The notes below the pieces were generated by a model, which was given only the letters and a program-made list of their open reading frames with translations, made no database searches and had not been told where the DNA came from. A program made the translations under genes and the position numbers. Positions 12,537 through 27,602 of a stretch of DNA of 64,000 bases are shown one piece after another. The stretch is from Octopus vulgaris (lineage: Eukaryota). Within the stretch, counting starts at the first letter, position 1, and every line of letters starts with the position of its first letter. Where the stretch lies: contig OX597816.1 of the NCBI GenBank assembly GCA_951406725.2, positions 127,658,001-127,722,000 of the forward strand, written 5' to 3'.

Positions 12537-12925
12537 ATCATCATCATCATCGTTTAACGTCCGTTTTCCGTGCTAGCAAGGGTTGGACGGTTCGACCGGG
12601 GTCTGGGAAGCCAGGAGGTTGCACCAGGCTCCAGTCTCATCTGGCAGTATTTCTACAGCTGGATGCCCTTCCTAACGCCAACCACTTCGTGAGTGTAGTG
12701 GGTGCTTTTTACATGCCTCCAGCACAGGTGCCAGGGGAGTCTGGCAGCGGCCACGATCGGTTGATGCTTTTAACGTGCCACCTGCACGGAAGCCAGTCAA
12801 GACAGCGCTGGCATTGGCCACGTTCAGATGGTGCCTTTTATGTTCCACTGGCACAGAAGCCAGTAGAGGCGGCGCTGGCATTGGCCATGTTTGAATGGTG
12901 CTGTTTTTGTGCCACCGGCAAAGGT
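12537..12925 (-). mobile_element. RTE LINE 3' UTR fragment with (GAT)n tail
   Basis: The reverse complement matches 56040-56288 (gagtggttggcgttaggaagggcatccagc...ggacgttaaacgatgatgat). Confidence 0.88.
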
Positions 12926-12940
12926 ATCAACAATGTGCTA

Positions 12941-13057
12941 TGCTTGCTGCACCTAGGTTTCCCAAGCGGTCACCCATCTAAGTACTGACTAGGCTCGACA
13001 TTGCTTAATTTCGGTGATCAGACGAGAACCGGTGCTTTCAACATGATATGGGTAAAC
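12941..13057 (-). pseudogene. 5S rRNA-derived sequence (pseudogene or SINE3-like head)
   Basis: Reverse complement GTTTACCCATATCATGTTGAAAGCACCGGTTCTCGTCTGATCACCGAAATTAAGCAATGTCGAGCCTAGTCAGTACTTAGATGGGTGACCGCTTGGGAAACCTAGGTGCAGCAAGCA follows animal 5S rRNA over ~117 nt with several substitutions. No oligo-T terminator follows. Confidence 0.88.
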
Positions 13058-13070
13058 GTTGATGATGATG

Positions 13071-13101
<31 letters not shown>

Positions 13102-13859
13102 ATATATATATATATGTATATATATGTGTATATGTATATGTATATATACATTTGTGCATATATATATGTATATATATATATATTTATGTATATTGATATA
13201 TGTAAGTATTTATATGTATGTATTTGTATGTATGTATGTATATATATGTATATATATATATATATATGTATGTATTTGTATGTATATATGTCCGGGTTCG
13301 TAGAAGGACGTGTTCCTTCATTCTAGGAAAAAGAAAAAAACAAACAAAAAAGTGATTGCAGAAATCAATGAAATAATCTGCTAAAACTGATAAAAACTTA
13401 GAACTTGTTATTTCATAGCGGTCTACTAGGATATATCAGTTAAAAACTGTAATATATTTCACTTCAAGCCAAATATGATATATTAAAGTCATTTACGCAT
13501 GCAAGATTCTCCGTCAAAAATGCACGTGGTGGCAATTCGTAAGTTTATTTCCAGCCGACTGTAAGAAGCAAAAAGAATCATTTTTTTTTCTTTTTTGAAA
13601 GAAAACTTCTTTGTATAGGGACACGGATTTGGAATTTTGCGGATAAGTATCCTTTTCATTTGTTTAATTTCCTGTAATTCAATGTAACGTCTGAGTTAGG
13701 ACCTCATTTCTGTTTACATTCTGTGAATAATCTTCTTTGAATTTCTGTTGCAGCGCCCACTTCGCTTTTATCAATTTCTCACTCTATCTCTTTAAAATTA
13801 TTCAGAAATCCTTTTCATTTGTTTAAAATTGCTTAATTTTAAAAAAATTATTTAGAAAT

Positions 13860-14330
13860 ATAATCGTGAAAAGAGAACTTTCGTAGTTACAGATAGGTAT
13901 ATATTTATTTATTACTTTATTTATATATATTTATTTATTTGGTACTTTATTTATATATTCTACTATCCATGTGGAATCTTTTGCATAACTTCTTCACTTT
14001 CATTACTTTCGCTCTCTCTCTGTCTCTTCACCTCTCTTTGACACACCATCTTTCTCCTCTCATTCTTTCAATCTTCCTAAGTATATAGACGCGAACATTA
14101 GGAATATGATCGTAATTAGTTTAGAAGAAAACTTTCGTAGTTACAGATAGGTATATATTTATAATTAGTTTAGAACAGAACTTTTGTAGTTGCACATAGG
14201 TATATATTTATTTGTTACTTTATTTATATATTCTACTATCCAAGTAGAATCTTTTGCATAACTTCTCTTTCATTACTTTCTCTCTCTCTGTCACACCATC
14301 TTTCTCCTCTCAGCCTCTCAATCTTCTTCC
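13860..14330 (+). repeat. Local imperfect tandem duplication
   Basis: aacttt(c/t)gtagtt(a/g)ca(g/c)ataggtatatattta occurs 3 times. ttctactatcca...ttgcataacttc...acaccatctttctcctctca occurs twice. Confidence 0.75.
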
Positions 14331-14476
14331 TCTCACTCTCTCTTACTCTCTTCTTTTCTTCTCTCAGCCGCTCAATCTCTCGAAATACATAGACACTTTT
14401 TTTCTCTATTTCTTCTCTACCCTCCATCACACTGTTAAATTTTATATCTAATTAGATAAATAAACTATCCAAGAAA

Positions 14477-17400
14477 ATGTCCAGAACCCGGAGGAGCATG
14501 GAGTTGGCATTGTTTTTGAGAGCCTGGTGCTGTGCTGATGGAGATAACCGAACAACATAATTACAGCTGCACTGAAGAGCAATGGTTACACCAGGACATT
14601 AGCACAGATAGAGCGAAAGAAGCAAGAGTTTATACGCTCCTATGCACTCATAATATCCCAACAAACAAAGCAAAGATGACAAGGATGGAGGCACGGATGC
14701 AGATGAAAGATGTCACCCCCACTTGGTAGACACCCAGGACAACAAAGAAGATTCAAGAGAGAAACCTGCCTGGGAAGTAAACCCAAGTGCAAATGCCCCT
14801 ACCAGCATCAAAATGCAAAACCATGGAGATGAAAGAGCCGTAAAAGAAGGAAAAACTAAAAGAAAAACAAAAGATGAAACAGCCAAAGAAGGAAAAACTA
14901 AAACTCAAACAAAATCAAAAGATGAAACAGCCAAGGAAAGAAGTAAACCTGACTATCCATTTACCAAAAAGGATAGAAAGAGACAGCACGCACGAATGTG
15001 TAAATTCTACCTGAAAGGTGTCTGCTGGCATGGAGAGAAACGTGCACGCTGCTGTTTTGCACACCAAAGACCTCACCACATAAACATGAAACAGGGCGGA
15101 AACTACCTGCCAAAAGGAAAGGACTACGCACCATCTGCCCCAGAACAGAAGTACACAGATGTAGTGCATGTTACAACCCATCAACACGTTATTGAAAGGA
15201 CAGCTGCTGAACAAGAATCTTTTTTGTGCATGGCACAAAAGATTGTACAGCAGTTAAACTGCCTCCATCAAACTCAAACCCACAGATGGGACTATCCACA
15301 ATACACAAGACCACCACAGCAAATAGACCCAAGGTGGACACCACTAGCAACAACACACGCATCACCTCAATGCTCCTACTGAACATCAGAGGACTGCTAA
15401 CTCTCAGTAACAGAACAAAAATCCCTTTCCTGAGAGACCTTGTTGCATGCAATCAAGCCTTATGCATAGCACTTACGGAAACACACCTGAAACCGGATAT
15501 AGCAGATGCGGAAATATACCACAGTATGTTGTATTACGGACCGACAGAAAAGAATGGAGTCATGGTGAAGTTGCTATGTACATCCGCCAGGACCTCACAC
15601 CCCAGGTCCTTTAGTCATACTCAAATTTGGTGTGTGACACACTAATTGTACATATAAGGCAACTCAATGTAGTTATATGTGCTGCATATTGCCCTCCAGA
15701 TGCTCCAAGTCATATAGGCAAGTTTGAAGAGTGCCTTACAAAAAGGGAAGAAGTTCTAGTCACATTAGAACAACACATAAGTGTACTTCTTATGGGAGAC
15801 TCCAATCTGCCAATGTCAGATGGCCCGAGGGCCTATCTCTCCCAGGAATGACACGATGTGAACGAGGACAGGTGAGGTCCCTCATGAACCTCATCAACAC
15901 TCTGTACATGGAGCAAATAATACTCCAACCAACCAGGGCAGGTAACATACTGGATCTCTGCTTCACAAATAATATGGATCTCATCCGTAATGTGAAAGTG
16001 ACACCGACACTACTCTCGGATCACAACATGGTAGAGCTGACCATGTACGGGCCAAAGGAAAGCATGGACATGCAGCCTACAAGAAACTCTCAGAATCTTT
16101 CCAGCTTGAACTTCCATAAAGCAAACTGGAAACAAATTGAGAAAGAGATCCTCAAACAAAACTGGCCTAAATGTCTCTCCTCACCAGACATCGACATGAA
16201 ACTTCAACAATTCATGTCTGTAATGCAAACCATATGCTACAAATGTGTGCCAGAGAGAAAGGCCACTGCATACAAGAACAAAATCCCCAGAGAGAGGAAA
16301 ATACTTATGAGACAGTATACAAAAGTTTCAAATCGCCTAAACAAGCAAATTGAGAGCAGTGAAAAGTCCTGCCTGAAAATAAAACTGCTGGAAATTGAAA
16401 AATGTCTGCAACTCTCCCATGAACAAGAAAGGGCAGACAAAGAAGCCTGGGCTATAGACAACATAAAATCTTACCCCAGAGCTTTCTACGAGTTTGCCAA
16501 AGAAACAGCTATGGTGCACTGTAGGATAGGGCCACTCCTTGCAAAAGATGGTACACTCACAGGAAATCCAATGAGTATAAGTGAAATACTAAATGAGCAA
16601 TTCAAAAGTATTTTCACTCCACCCCTAGGGCATTTTCAAGTCAGCAATCCAACTGACTTCTTTACCACTGCAGATATAAAATCAGAGGCATCAATATAAA
16701 TGAAGATGATGTAATAAAGGCTATAAATGAAATGAACCCAAACTCTGTTACTGGCCCCGATGGATTCCCAGCAATCCTTCTAAAAGTATGTAAGAGAGTC
16801 CTAGCAAGACCACTGCAGTCCCTCTTTCAAAGCTTCCATGCAACTGGCAAACTTTCAAGAAAACTGAAGGAGGGTAAAATATGCCCTATTCATAAAGGAG
16901 GTAGCAGAGCGAAGGCCAAGAACTACAGACCTATCTCTCTGACCTCACGCATCAGTAAGGTCATGGAATGAATAGTTAGAAGAAAACTAATCGCCTTCCT
17001 TGAAGAAAATGACTTGCTGCCTGACAACCAACATGGTTTACAACCAGGAAGAAGCTACCTAACTCAGCTCCTACAACACTATGATTGGGTGCTGAAACAA
17101 CTGCTCAACCACTCAAATGTGGAAGTGATATATCTCGACTTTGCAAAGGCCATTGATAAAGTCGATCATGGAATGATATGTCATAAACTGCGTGATCTTG
17201 GCGTAGTTGGAAAATTGGGAGAATGGCTTCATGACTTTCTGAAGGAGAGAATCAGGTGGTTATAGCCAATGGGGCCACCTCCAATAACACACAAATAGTG
17301 AGCGCTGTTCCACAAGGCACTGTTTTGGGACCACTACTGTTCATAATGGCCCTCTTAGACATGCCATCAGCCATGCAACATTTCATGTGCATGTTACTAA

Positions 17401-18109
17401 ATTAGCAATGAAATGTAGGCGGCTGACCGGATGGATTCTTAGAGCCTTTCGAACAAGATATCAGGAAACCATGATGGTCCTCTAGAGGACACTTGTCCTA
17501 AGCCACTTTGACTATTGCTCTCAGCTATGGTCCTTATCCAGTGTCAAATTAATCACCGAACTTCAGGCAATCCAACAAAGCTCCACAAAGAAGATAGCCT
17601 CTGGGCAGCATATAAGCTATTGGGAAAGACTCAAGAGATTAAGACTCTATTCCTTAGAGCATAGGCGAGAAAGATATGACATAATATATATCTGGAAGAT
17701 CCTGGAAGGACTTGTCCCAAACTTTGGCATCGAGAGTTACACAAATACTAGAACTGGGTGCCACTGCATAGTGCCAAGGATTCCAAATTTGCCATCAAGA
17801 TGTAGGACAAGATACTGTGATAGCCTGGGCTTCAGAGGTCCACAGCTCTTCAATATCTTCCCGAAAGACCTGAGAAACCTGCGTGGGGTGGATGCAGATG
17901 TCTTTAAAATAAAACTAGATCTCTTCCTGTCAGGTGACCCAGATGAACCAACTTCATGGCAGGAGGTGCAGATGAGGGCAGCTGCATCGAACTCTCTCAT
18001 GCACCAACTGTCAATTGCTAGAAAGCATTCGTGAAGTAAAATCATGTAGCAACATCGAATGGCGGTGCTCCAGCATGGCCACAGCTCGTGAGCTGAAACT
18101 AGATAAAAA
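14477..18109 (+). mobile_element. Degenerate near-full-length family A LINE, copy 2 (5' boundary uncertain)
   Basis: Colinear with 6169-10035. Has an ORF1 ATG at 14477, frameshifts and stops, a deletion of the YADD region near 17378, and 3' hairpin CAGCT-CGTG-AGCTG. Confidence 0.93.
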
Positions 18110-18148
18110 TATATATATATATATATATATAATGTGTATATGTATATA

Positions 18149-18181
<33 letters not shown>

Positions 18182-19540
18182 GTGTGTATATGTATATATA
18201 TATGTGTGTGTGTATATGTATATATATATGTGTGTGTGTATATGTGTGTGTATATGTATATATATATGTGTGTGTGTATATGTGTATGTATATATATATA
18301 TATGTGTGTGTGTATATGTATATATATGTGTGTGTGTGTGTATATGTATATATATATATATGTGTGTATATGTATATATATATATATGTGTGTATATGTA
18401 TATATATATATATGTGTGTATATGTATATATATATATGTGTGTATATGTATATATATATATGTGTGTATATATATATATGTGTGTATATGTATATATATA
18501 TATGTGTGTATATGTATATATATATATGTGTGTATATGTATATATATATGTGTATATATATATGTATGTATATATGTATGTATATATATATATGTGTATA
18601 TATATATATATGTGTGTATTTGTGGATATATATATATATGTATATATGTGTGTATATATATATGTATATGTGTATATATGTATATATATATATATATATG
18701 TGTGTATATATATATATATATGTGTATATATATATGTATGTGTGTATATATGTATATATATATGTATGTATATGTATGTGTGTATATATGTATATATATA
18801 TGTATGTATATGTATATATATATATGTATATGTATGTATATGTATGTATATGTATATATATTTATATATATGTATGTATATATATGTATAAATATATATG
18901 TATATATATTTATATATATGTATGTATATATATGTATAAATATATATATATATATATTTATATATATGTATGTATATATATGTATAAATATATATGTATA
19001 TATATATTTATGTATATGTATGTATATATATATATTTATATATATATATGTATGTATATATATATTTATATATATGTATGTATATTATATATATATTATA
19101 TAATATATATTATATATATATATATTTATATATATGTATGTATATATATATATTTATATATATATGTATGTATATATATATGTATAAATATATATGTATG
19201 TATATATATGTATAAATATATATATGTATATATATGTATAAATATATATATATGTATATATATATTTATATATATGTATGTATATATTTATATTTATATA
19301 TATATATGTATGTATATATCTATGTATAAATATATATGTATGTATATATATGTATAAATATATATATATTTATATATATGTATGTATATATATGTATAAA
19401 TATATATTTATGTATATATGTATATTTATATGTATATATGTATATATTTATATATATGTATGTATATATATGTATAAATATATATGTATATATCTAAATA
19501 TGTATATATATACATATATGTATGTATATATGTATATTTA
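18110..19540. repeat. Compound (TA)n/(TG)n microsatellite
   Basis: Visible directly. Confidence 0.95.
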
Positions 19541-19850
19541 TCACCGTGATCACCGTGACCGACCAGGCTATCAGCTGTTGTTACACATCGCTGGTCAATG
19601 CGCCTCGCATTGTTTTAGCCTTCAAATGACGCCACCCCGCTGGCTAAGCGAGCAGGCCAACAATAGAAAGAGTGAGAGAAAGTTGTGGCGAAATAGTACA
19701 GCAGGGACCGCCACCACCACCTTGCCGGATCATCGTGGAGCTTTAGGTGTTTTTGCTCAATAAACACTCACAACGCCCGGTCTGGGAATCAAAACCACGA
19801 TCCTACAACCGCGAGTCCGCTGCCCTAACCACTAGGCCATTGTGCCTCCA
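19541..19850 (-). mobile_element. tRNA-derived SINE (family B)
   Basis: Minus-strand head tggaggcacaaTGGCCTAGTGGttagggcagcggactcgc...GGTTTTGATTCC with A and B boxes. Tail is a duplicated CACGGTGA. Embedded in TA repeats. Confidence 0.8.
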
Positions 19851-21330
<1,480 letters not shown>

Positions 21331-21332
<2 letters not shown>

Positions 21333-21700
21333 TCTTATTTGTTTCAGTCCAATGACTGTGGCCATGCTGGAGCAACGCCATTGTAATCATCTTTCCACTT
21401 GGAGTTCGATGCTACTGCCCGCTTTTGAGTTTCTTGCTTAGATATTGGTTCATCCGGGATCTCGGCGTGCCAGAGGTAAGTTCATGTTTGAAAACGTCTA
21501 CATCCACTCCATGGAGGCTCCTCAGATGCTTCAGCAGACAGTTAAATAGCTGTGTGCCTTGCAACCTAAGCTATTGCGGTACATCGTTCTTGCCCGAGAT
21601 GAAGCAGTCGGCACAGTGGCGACAGCACAGTGACATCCTGTTCGTGGTCTTGTATAGCTCTTTATTCCAAAGTTTGGTACCAGTCCTTCCAGTATCTTCC
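21331..21700 (-). mobile_element. Degenerate 3' fragment of a family A-related LINE
   Basis: Encodes WKILEGLVPNFGIKSY. 3' end ggcgttgctccagcatggccacagtcattggactgaaacaaataagaga. Confidence 0.85.
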
Positions 21701-21716
21701 ATATATATATATATAT

Positions 21717-22177
21717 GCCGTTTGCCAGCCCTGTCTGGCCCCCGTGTCGGTGGCATGTAAAAGCACCATCCGTTCGTGTCCGTGGCCAGCCTCGCCTGGC
21801 CCCCATGCCGGTGACACGTAAAAGCACCATCTGTTTCGTGGCCGTTTGCCAGCTCTGTCTGGCCCCCATGTTGGTTGCACGTAAAAGCACCATTCGTTCG
21901 TGTCCGTTGCCAGCCTCGCCTGGCCCCCGTGCCGGTGACACATAAAAGCACCATCTGTTCATGGCCGTTTGCCAGCTCTGTCTGGCACCTGTGCGGGTGG
22001 CACGTAAAAAGCACCCACTACACTCACAGAGTGGTTGGCGTGAGGAAGGGCATCCAGCCGTAGAAACACTGCCAGATCTGACTGGGTCTGATGAAGCCTT
22101 CCAGCTTCACAGACCCCAGTTGAACCGTCCAACCCATGCTAGCATGGAAAACGGACGCTAATGATGATGATGATGAT
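21717..22177 (+). mobile_element. RTE LINE 3' UTR fragment with five ~60-bp tandem units and a (GAT)n tail
   Basis: Repeated gccag...ctggc...ggtg(g/a)cacgtaaaagcacc units, then gagtggttggcgtgaggaagggcatccagccgtagaaac, then (GAT)n. Confidence 0.88.
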
Positions 22178-22218
22178 CACTGTATACCTATACCACCTTC
22201 ATTCCAGGGAATATATAT

Positions 22219-22249
<31 letters not shown>

Positions 22250-22380
22250 CACGCATATATATATACACATATATATATAAAGCTATATATATACATACAT
22301 ATATATATATAAAGGTATATATATATATATATATATATATCAAGGTATATATATACATATATATATATATATCAAGGTAT

Positions 22381-22421
<41 letters not shown>

Positions 22422-25400
22422 GTATATATATACACACACATATATATAAAATTATATTGAAAAATAAAATAAAATATTTTTACTCCTTTTGTCTTAAAAA
22501 CAATTTAAGGATTAAGTGTGTCATAGTTTTGATTTGGCTTACTAAGATCAGAGTATGAAATTAAATTTTTAATACTGATTTACTCATGATTGTAGAATGC
22601 AGAATTGTTTTAGCTTTGGACAGAATGCCTTTCATTGTTTCATCTCACTCTTGAAGTTACTGGTTCAAATTATGTGAGAGTAACTTACATTTTTTCCCTT
22701 TTTTGGTCAATAAAGTAAAGCTGCACCGTATGCAGAACAAAACACAAAGTGTATTTATTGAATTTTGACATATATAATGCAAAACCACCTTGCAAACTGA
22801 CAGTCGAGAAAATAGAAATAAAATTTTAAAATGTATTCTTTCTCTGTGGCCCAATGACAAAGTATTCATTGCCTGTTGATTTGGGACCCCAGAAATAAAT
22901 TACCAGTCTAGTAATGGGGTTGATGACATCAGCTGACTTCCACTTTACCCTATAAAACTCTGGCTTTGTGCCTAAATTTGTCACAGTTATTTTGCAGGTA
23001 CATAATATACAGTTGATAAAAGGATAGCAATTTATTATCCTTGTTTCAAAAATGCAATTATTAAAAATGCTAAATGAAATTAAGAAACTCCATTGATTGA
23101 TGCAATATTCGATCCTTAATTTTACTATTACTAGATAACAAGATTCCTCTGAGAATAATTTTATAAGGATTTTTCTTCTTTGAATAATACACATGATGAA
23201 TGATGCAACACCCAACTGTTGTATCATTCAAGAAATTTTGAAGATTCATCTATATGCTCAGCTCAGCAATCAATAACCAATATCTAAGATGTATTCCTTG
23301 GTTGAAAGATTAAAAAAGCAGACATTGTTTAAAATTACTTTGTCTGTAATTGAATTTTCCTTTTCGACTTCAGAGTAATCTTGTTTCATTTAGAATTTTC
23401 AGATGATTATTTTTATATATATTTTAAATGACTTTTTAAAATTTTTATAAGAGCTATTTCATACATTTTTTTTTCAAGTTGGGTTAGAATTTAAGAAAAC
23501 AATGAAAACTTGAAACATTTTAGATATTAGGAATTCAACTCTAAGCCTAGTTTATTTTATTTAAAGTAAAATTGATGGAATGCTTGGATTAAATTTAAAC
23601 AGTGTATGTTCACTAGTTGTTGTTATTTTTCTTGTGGTGCTAGCAACACAACTGTTTTGAGTCACTTGTAAATTTTGTTTTATTTTAACCAACTTTCAAA
23701 GTATTAAAATTGTTTGGTCTGTATGACACATAACATCATAGAAGTGCTGAAAAGTCACTAAGCTCTGTTGAATGTTCACCCTTCAGGGTGGATATCTGTG
23801 ATTAATTTTGTAAAATTTAGCCATTTCTTCATAAATTTTGAGAAAGCATGGTGTCAATATTTTTTGCCTAACAGTGAGGGGAATGAGTTTAGAGATTGAA
23901 AGTACTGTTTTGACTTTGTGTTACAACTTTTAAAACAATGCAGCACCACCCTGACCATAACCACTTGAAATTTCACATCTGCTGCTACCATGGCTATTAA
24001 CACCATTACAAAAAAGAAAAAGAAAAAAGACCATGACTTGCAAATCTTGTATTGGTTGGTTTGCTGATGTCATCTTCCAGAAAGAAGCTATTTTATTATT
24101 GAAAGAATTAAAAAACTTGAAAAACATGTTTACAAGGTCTGGATGAAATGTACCCTTAAAGATACAAGTATCCATTTGGCAAGAAACTAGCCTCAAAACT
24201 GTTGTCTACAAACCGACAGCAACTTCAGTCAGAAAAGAGAATAGGTAATATACCAGCAAATAGGTACCTCAGAACCATCTGGGGCACCAAAATGTGTTAC
24301 CAGGAGGTTATAGTATTGCACAGTAGAGTTGAGATTTTCCAGAGGATGAGGCCAAGAAACGCTCCACACAAACCTAAGGAGTGAGGAATTAGTTCTTGTA
24401 CCAATCTGTTATGGCTGTAGGATAGTAAGAGTGTAAATTGTAGATGTACTCCAAGATGATTGGTGGTGGTTCTCTTCTATGTAGGACAATACTTATATTC
24501 TTCAGGTTCAGATGTGCAGACACGATTGGTCACAGCAAGGAGTGGAGCTATTGATCCGAACAGATGACCAAAGTATGGAATCCATTCTGGACCTAATCAG
24601 TCTGCCAGACAGCTCACAAATATTGTACATTCAGTTTTCTCGTGTTTTAATCATCTTTGCATTACATTGGTGAATACATGTATTTAATGCCTGTTTTACA
24701 GTCGTTTCCTCAGTTTCTCACAAGGGAATTTTTCATTTTACATATTTTCTAAAGTGCAGAGGTAATGCATGTATTCTTAACAACAATATGTCAACAGAGA
24801 TCACCATCTGTTGCTCATGCCATTGTGCATATAAGGTTCATGGCAGTCAGGCATGGATGTACTTTTGCATGCATACATACAGATATCTATCCTTATAGTT
24901 ATTATCTATCTGTATAAAATAGATAGATACAAAAATGTATAGATATCTATTTGTATGCATACATCTATATCTATGTGTGTGTGTGTGTAAATTACCATTT
25001 CTGTTTACCAAATTTACTTCACTTCCAGAGAAATTCAAACACTTTTTTTATTTAATATTAGTTTAAAGTAAATATTTTTCTTATGGAGATTAGCATCAAG
25101 CCCTTGATATAAGATTAATAATTGTATGTGTGGCATATCACTTGATATTACCTATGGTAGTGAAAGTATTTTCCCAAACTTACTTGTCATATAATGAGGA
25201 AGACACCGGTTTGTTTACTCACTGTATATGTATATCCCTTTCGCCCAAAGTAACTAACTAGTATTTTGTTTATAGCAGCCAGAATGGTAAGAGGCAAAAT
25301 TGATTCTAGTGAGAATTGAACTCAGAACGTGGAAGATGAAACTGGAAATCCATAAGATATTCAGTTAAAGGCTCTATAGCTTCTTCAACATCATTGACTT

Positions 25401-27602
25401 GTTACATTAACACAAGTCTACAAACTTGTTGGGGAGGTGTTTAATCAATTGACAGAGATTAATGTTGTGCTCATATTGTCAGTAGAAGAGGAAATTATCT
25501 TTATGGTCTTGTATTTCTGATTGCTGCACACACACTGTGTGTGTTGTATTTCATCTTTGTTCTTCAGTCTGCTTTTTTTTTCTTCCTTTATGGTTAAGAA
25601 AAATGTAGCTACAATAGCTTTACATGAACATATTGATTTATAATTCTACCAAACTAGTAATATTAACACACCTTTTTGTGCATATATGTGTATGTCTGTA
25701 TAAATATATATGAAGATAACATTGATTACTCCAGCATTAAGTATTTTTTGGAGTTGTTTGCTTTGCTATACTCTTTGTTGCTTTCTTTCAAGAATTTTTT
25801 AAAAACTACATGTCCATAACATCTCAGTATCACTTTGTCTTCTTATTCTTATAGGCCTTTCAATGAAAAATCTATATAATATTAGTTGACTGCATTAGAA
25901 ACCAATAATGTACTGGGAGAATTTTCATTTGACAATGCATATCCTCTTGTAAATATGTGGCCTTGTATCAATTTAAGAAATCAATTTTATTTCATGAGGA
26001 CCAATATTGTAGAAATAGCAGGGTGTTGTACCTTTACATTCTTCCTTCACATCTTACAGGTGTCACTGGAATCAATGCAATTTTTAATTCTGTGCTCATG
26101 TGAATAATTTTAGTTGTTGGCAGACTTATAAGGGCATTGTTAAAAATATACACCCTGAATTTCAGGTCATAATTCTATGTTAGAAATAGTTGTTATACAT
26201 CAATCAAAATAGATGACATGAACACATTTTTAAAATTATCCTCTTATATTAATATAAAATAATTTACAATGCAAAGAAATAGATTTCATATTTACTTAGA
26301 ATATATTTTCTGAAAAGCACAAATAATGAAACCATGAATTTCTTTTAATTGGGAATGTTTTGAGAATTGAATAATAAATTGTAACTGTTTATATAAGATT
26401 GGTTCTACTAGAAAAACTATTGTTTATTCTTTTATTTCAATATACTGCTTTTAATATCATTAAATGTTTAGGTGTTGGCCTTGCAATTATTTGTGAGAAA
26501 ATTTTGGGTTTGTTTATTTAAAGTTTTGCTGTTTTTTAAAATTTTTATTAAAATATTAACCCTATTTGTCAATTTTATATAGATTTCTATTGATCATTGT
26601 AACATGGATTACAATAATAAGGATGTTGCAATGGATTTTGTTCATTGTGTATTCGAATGATTGTACTGTGAATCAACAGAAAGAATTAGGAACAGCTTGA
26701 AAGAAGTTGTTCTAACATTCTTTGTAAATATGCATTGGAATAAACCATCAAAAACTGAATCAACAATGGTGCAACAGCTGCCATTAATAATTTCAAATAT
26801 TTTCTCATTTGGAAAAATTTAAATTATGTTCTTAAATGTACTAGCTTTATGGAGTGGTCATTGAATTAGCAACTTGTGCTTCTTTTGAATAACTTCTAAT
26901 CTTTGTTAACAAGATTCTAATTAAAAGTTAACAAAGTCCAAACATCAGAATTCATACATTATCCTTTAAGTTGCAGCTGTAGAGAGAATAAAGGATGAAT
27001 TAAATTTCAAATCTTGTAAAAACGCACTCATTGATTATCTTCTTTAAGAGGGAGTGTTGCATTATTAATCATCTGTAGAATCATTTGAATACTACTTCTA
27101 ACTGTATCTAAACTTTATATTTTTGGCATACTCTATCACATCATTTAATGTTATTAGGGATGTTTTCTAGGGGTACTTAAAGGTCACAAGTTCAAACCCT
27201 TCACCAGAGACAAAGTTGTGTAATTATGGTAGGTACGTTACCTTGTATGCCTCAGTTGAGCTTGTTGAAATTAGATACCACTCCCATTTTATGGCTGAGT
27301 TATCAACATTAGGAAGGGCTTCCAGGCATAAAATAGCTTCACCAAGATATCATTAAAATATCTTCATTTTCAGAATCCTCCAGCACCTGCTAGTTTATGG
27401 AATGTTTGTAATTTTAATTTTTTTTTTCTTTTTTCACATTAAAGACTAGCTAGAATTGTGGGTAAGTTCACTTAGTCATAGATTATCTTTAAGTGACTGT
27501 CTTGAAAACTGGTTTTAAGTATTGTGTTCAATAAAAAAAAAAATTGGATTTCTTTGATACGATACAGAAAGTAATGCAAAATTAGTTGAGTTATATCATT
27601 AA

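Noticed and set aside
12941-13057. Functional 5S rRNA gene
   Set aside because: Solitary, has substitutions and an altered 5' end, lacks an oligo-T terminator and is fused to an RTE tail.
19770-19850. tRNA gene
   Set aside because: A and B boxes are present but I could not fold a complete cloverleaf, and the sequence continues into a SINE body.
21717-22016. ~60-bp repeats as a CRISPR array or coding repeat
   Set aside because: No unique spacers, and the units match the RTE 3' UTR.
23930-24630. Possible ancient Penelope-like RT fragment (MDTCIF...FFKFFNSFNNKI)
   Set aside because: Similarity is too weak to support without a profile search.
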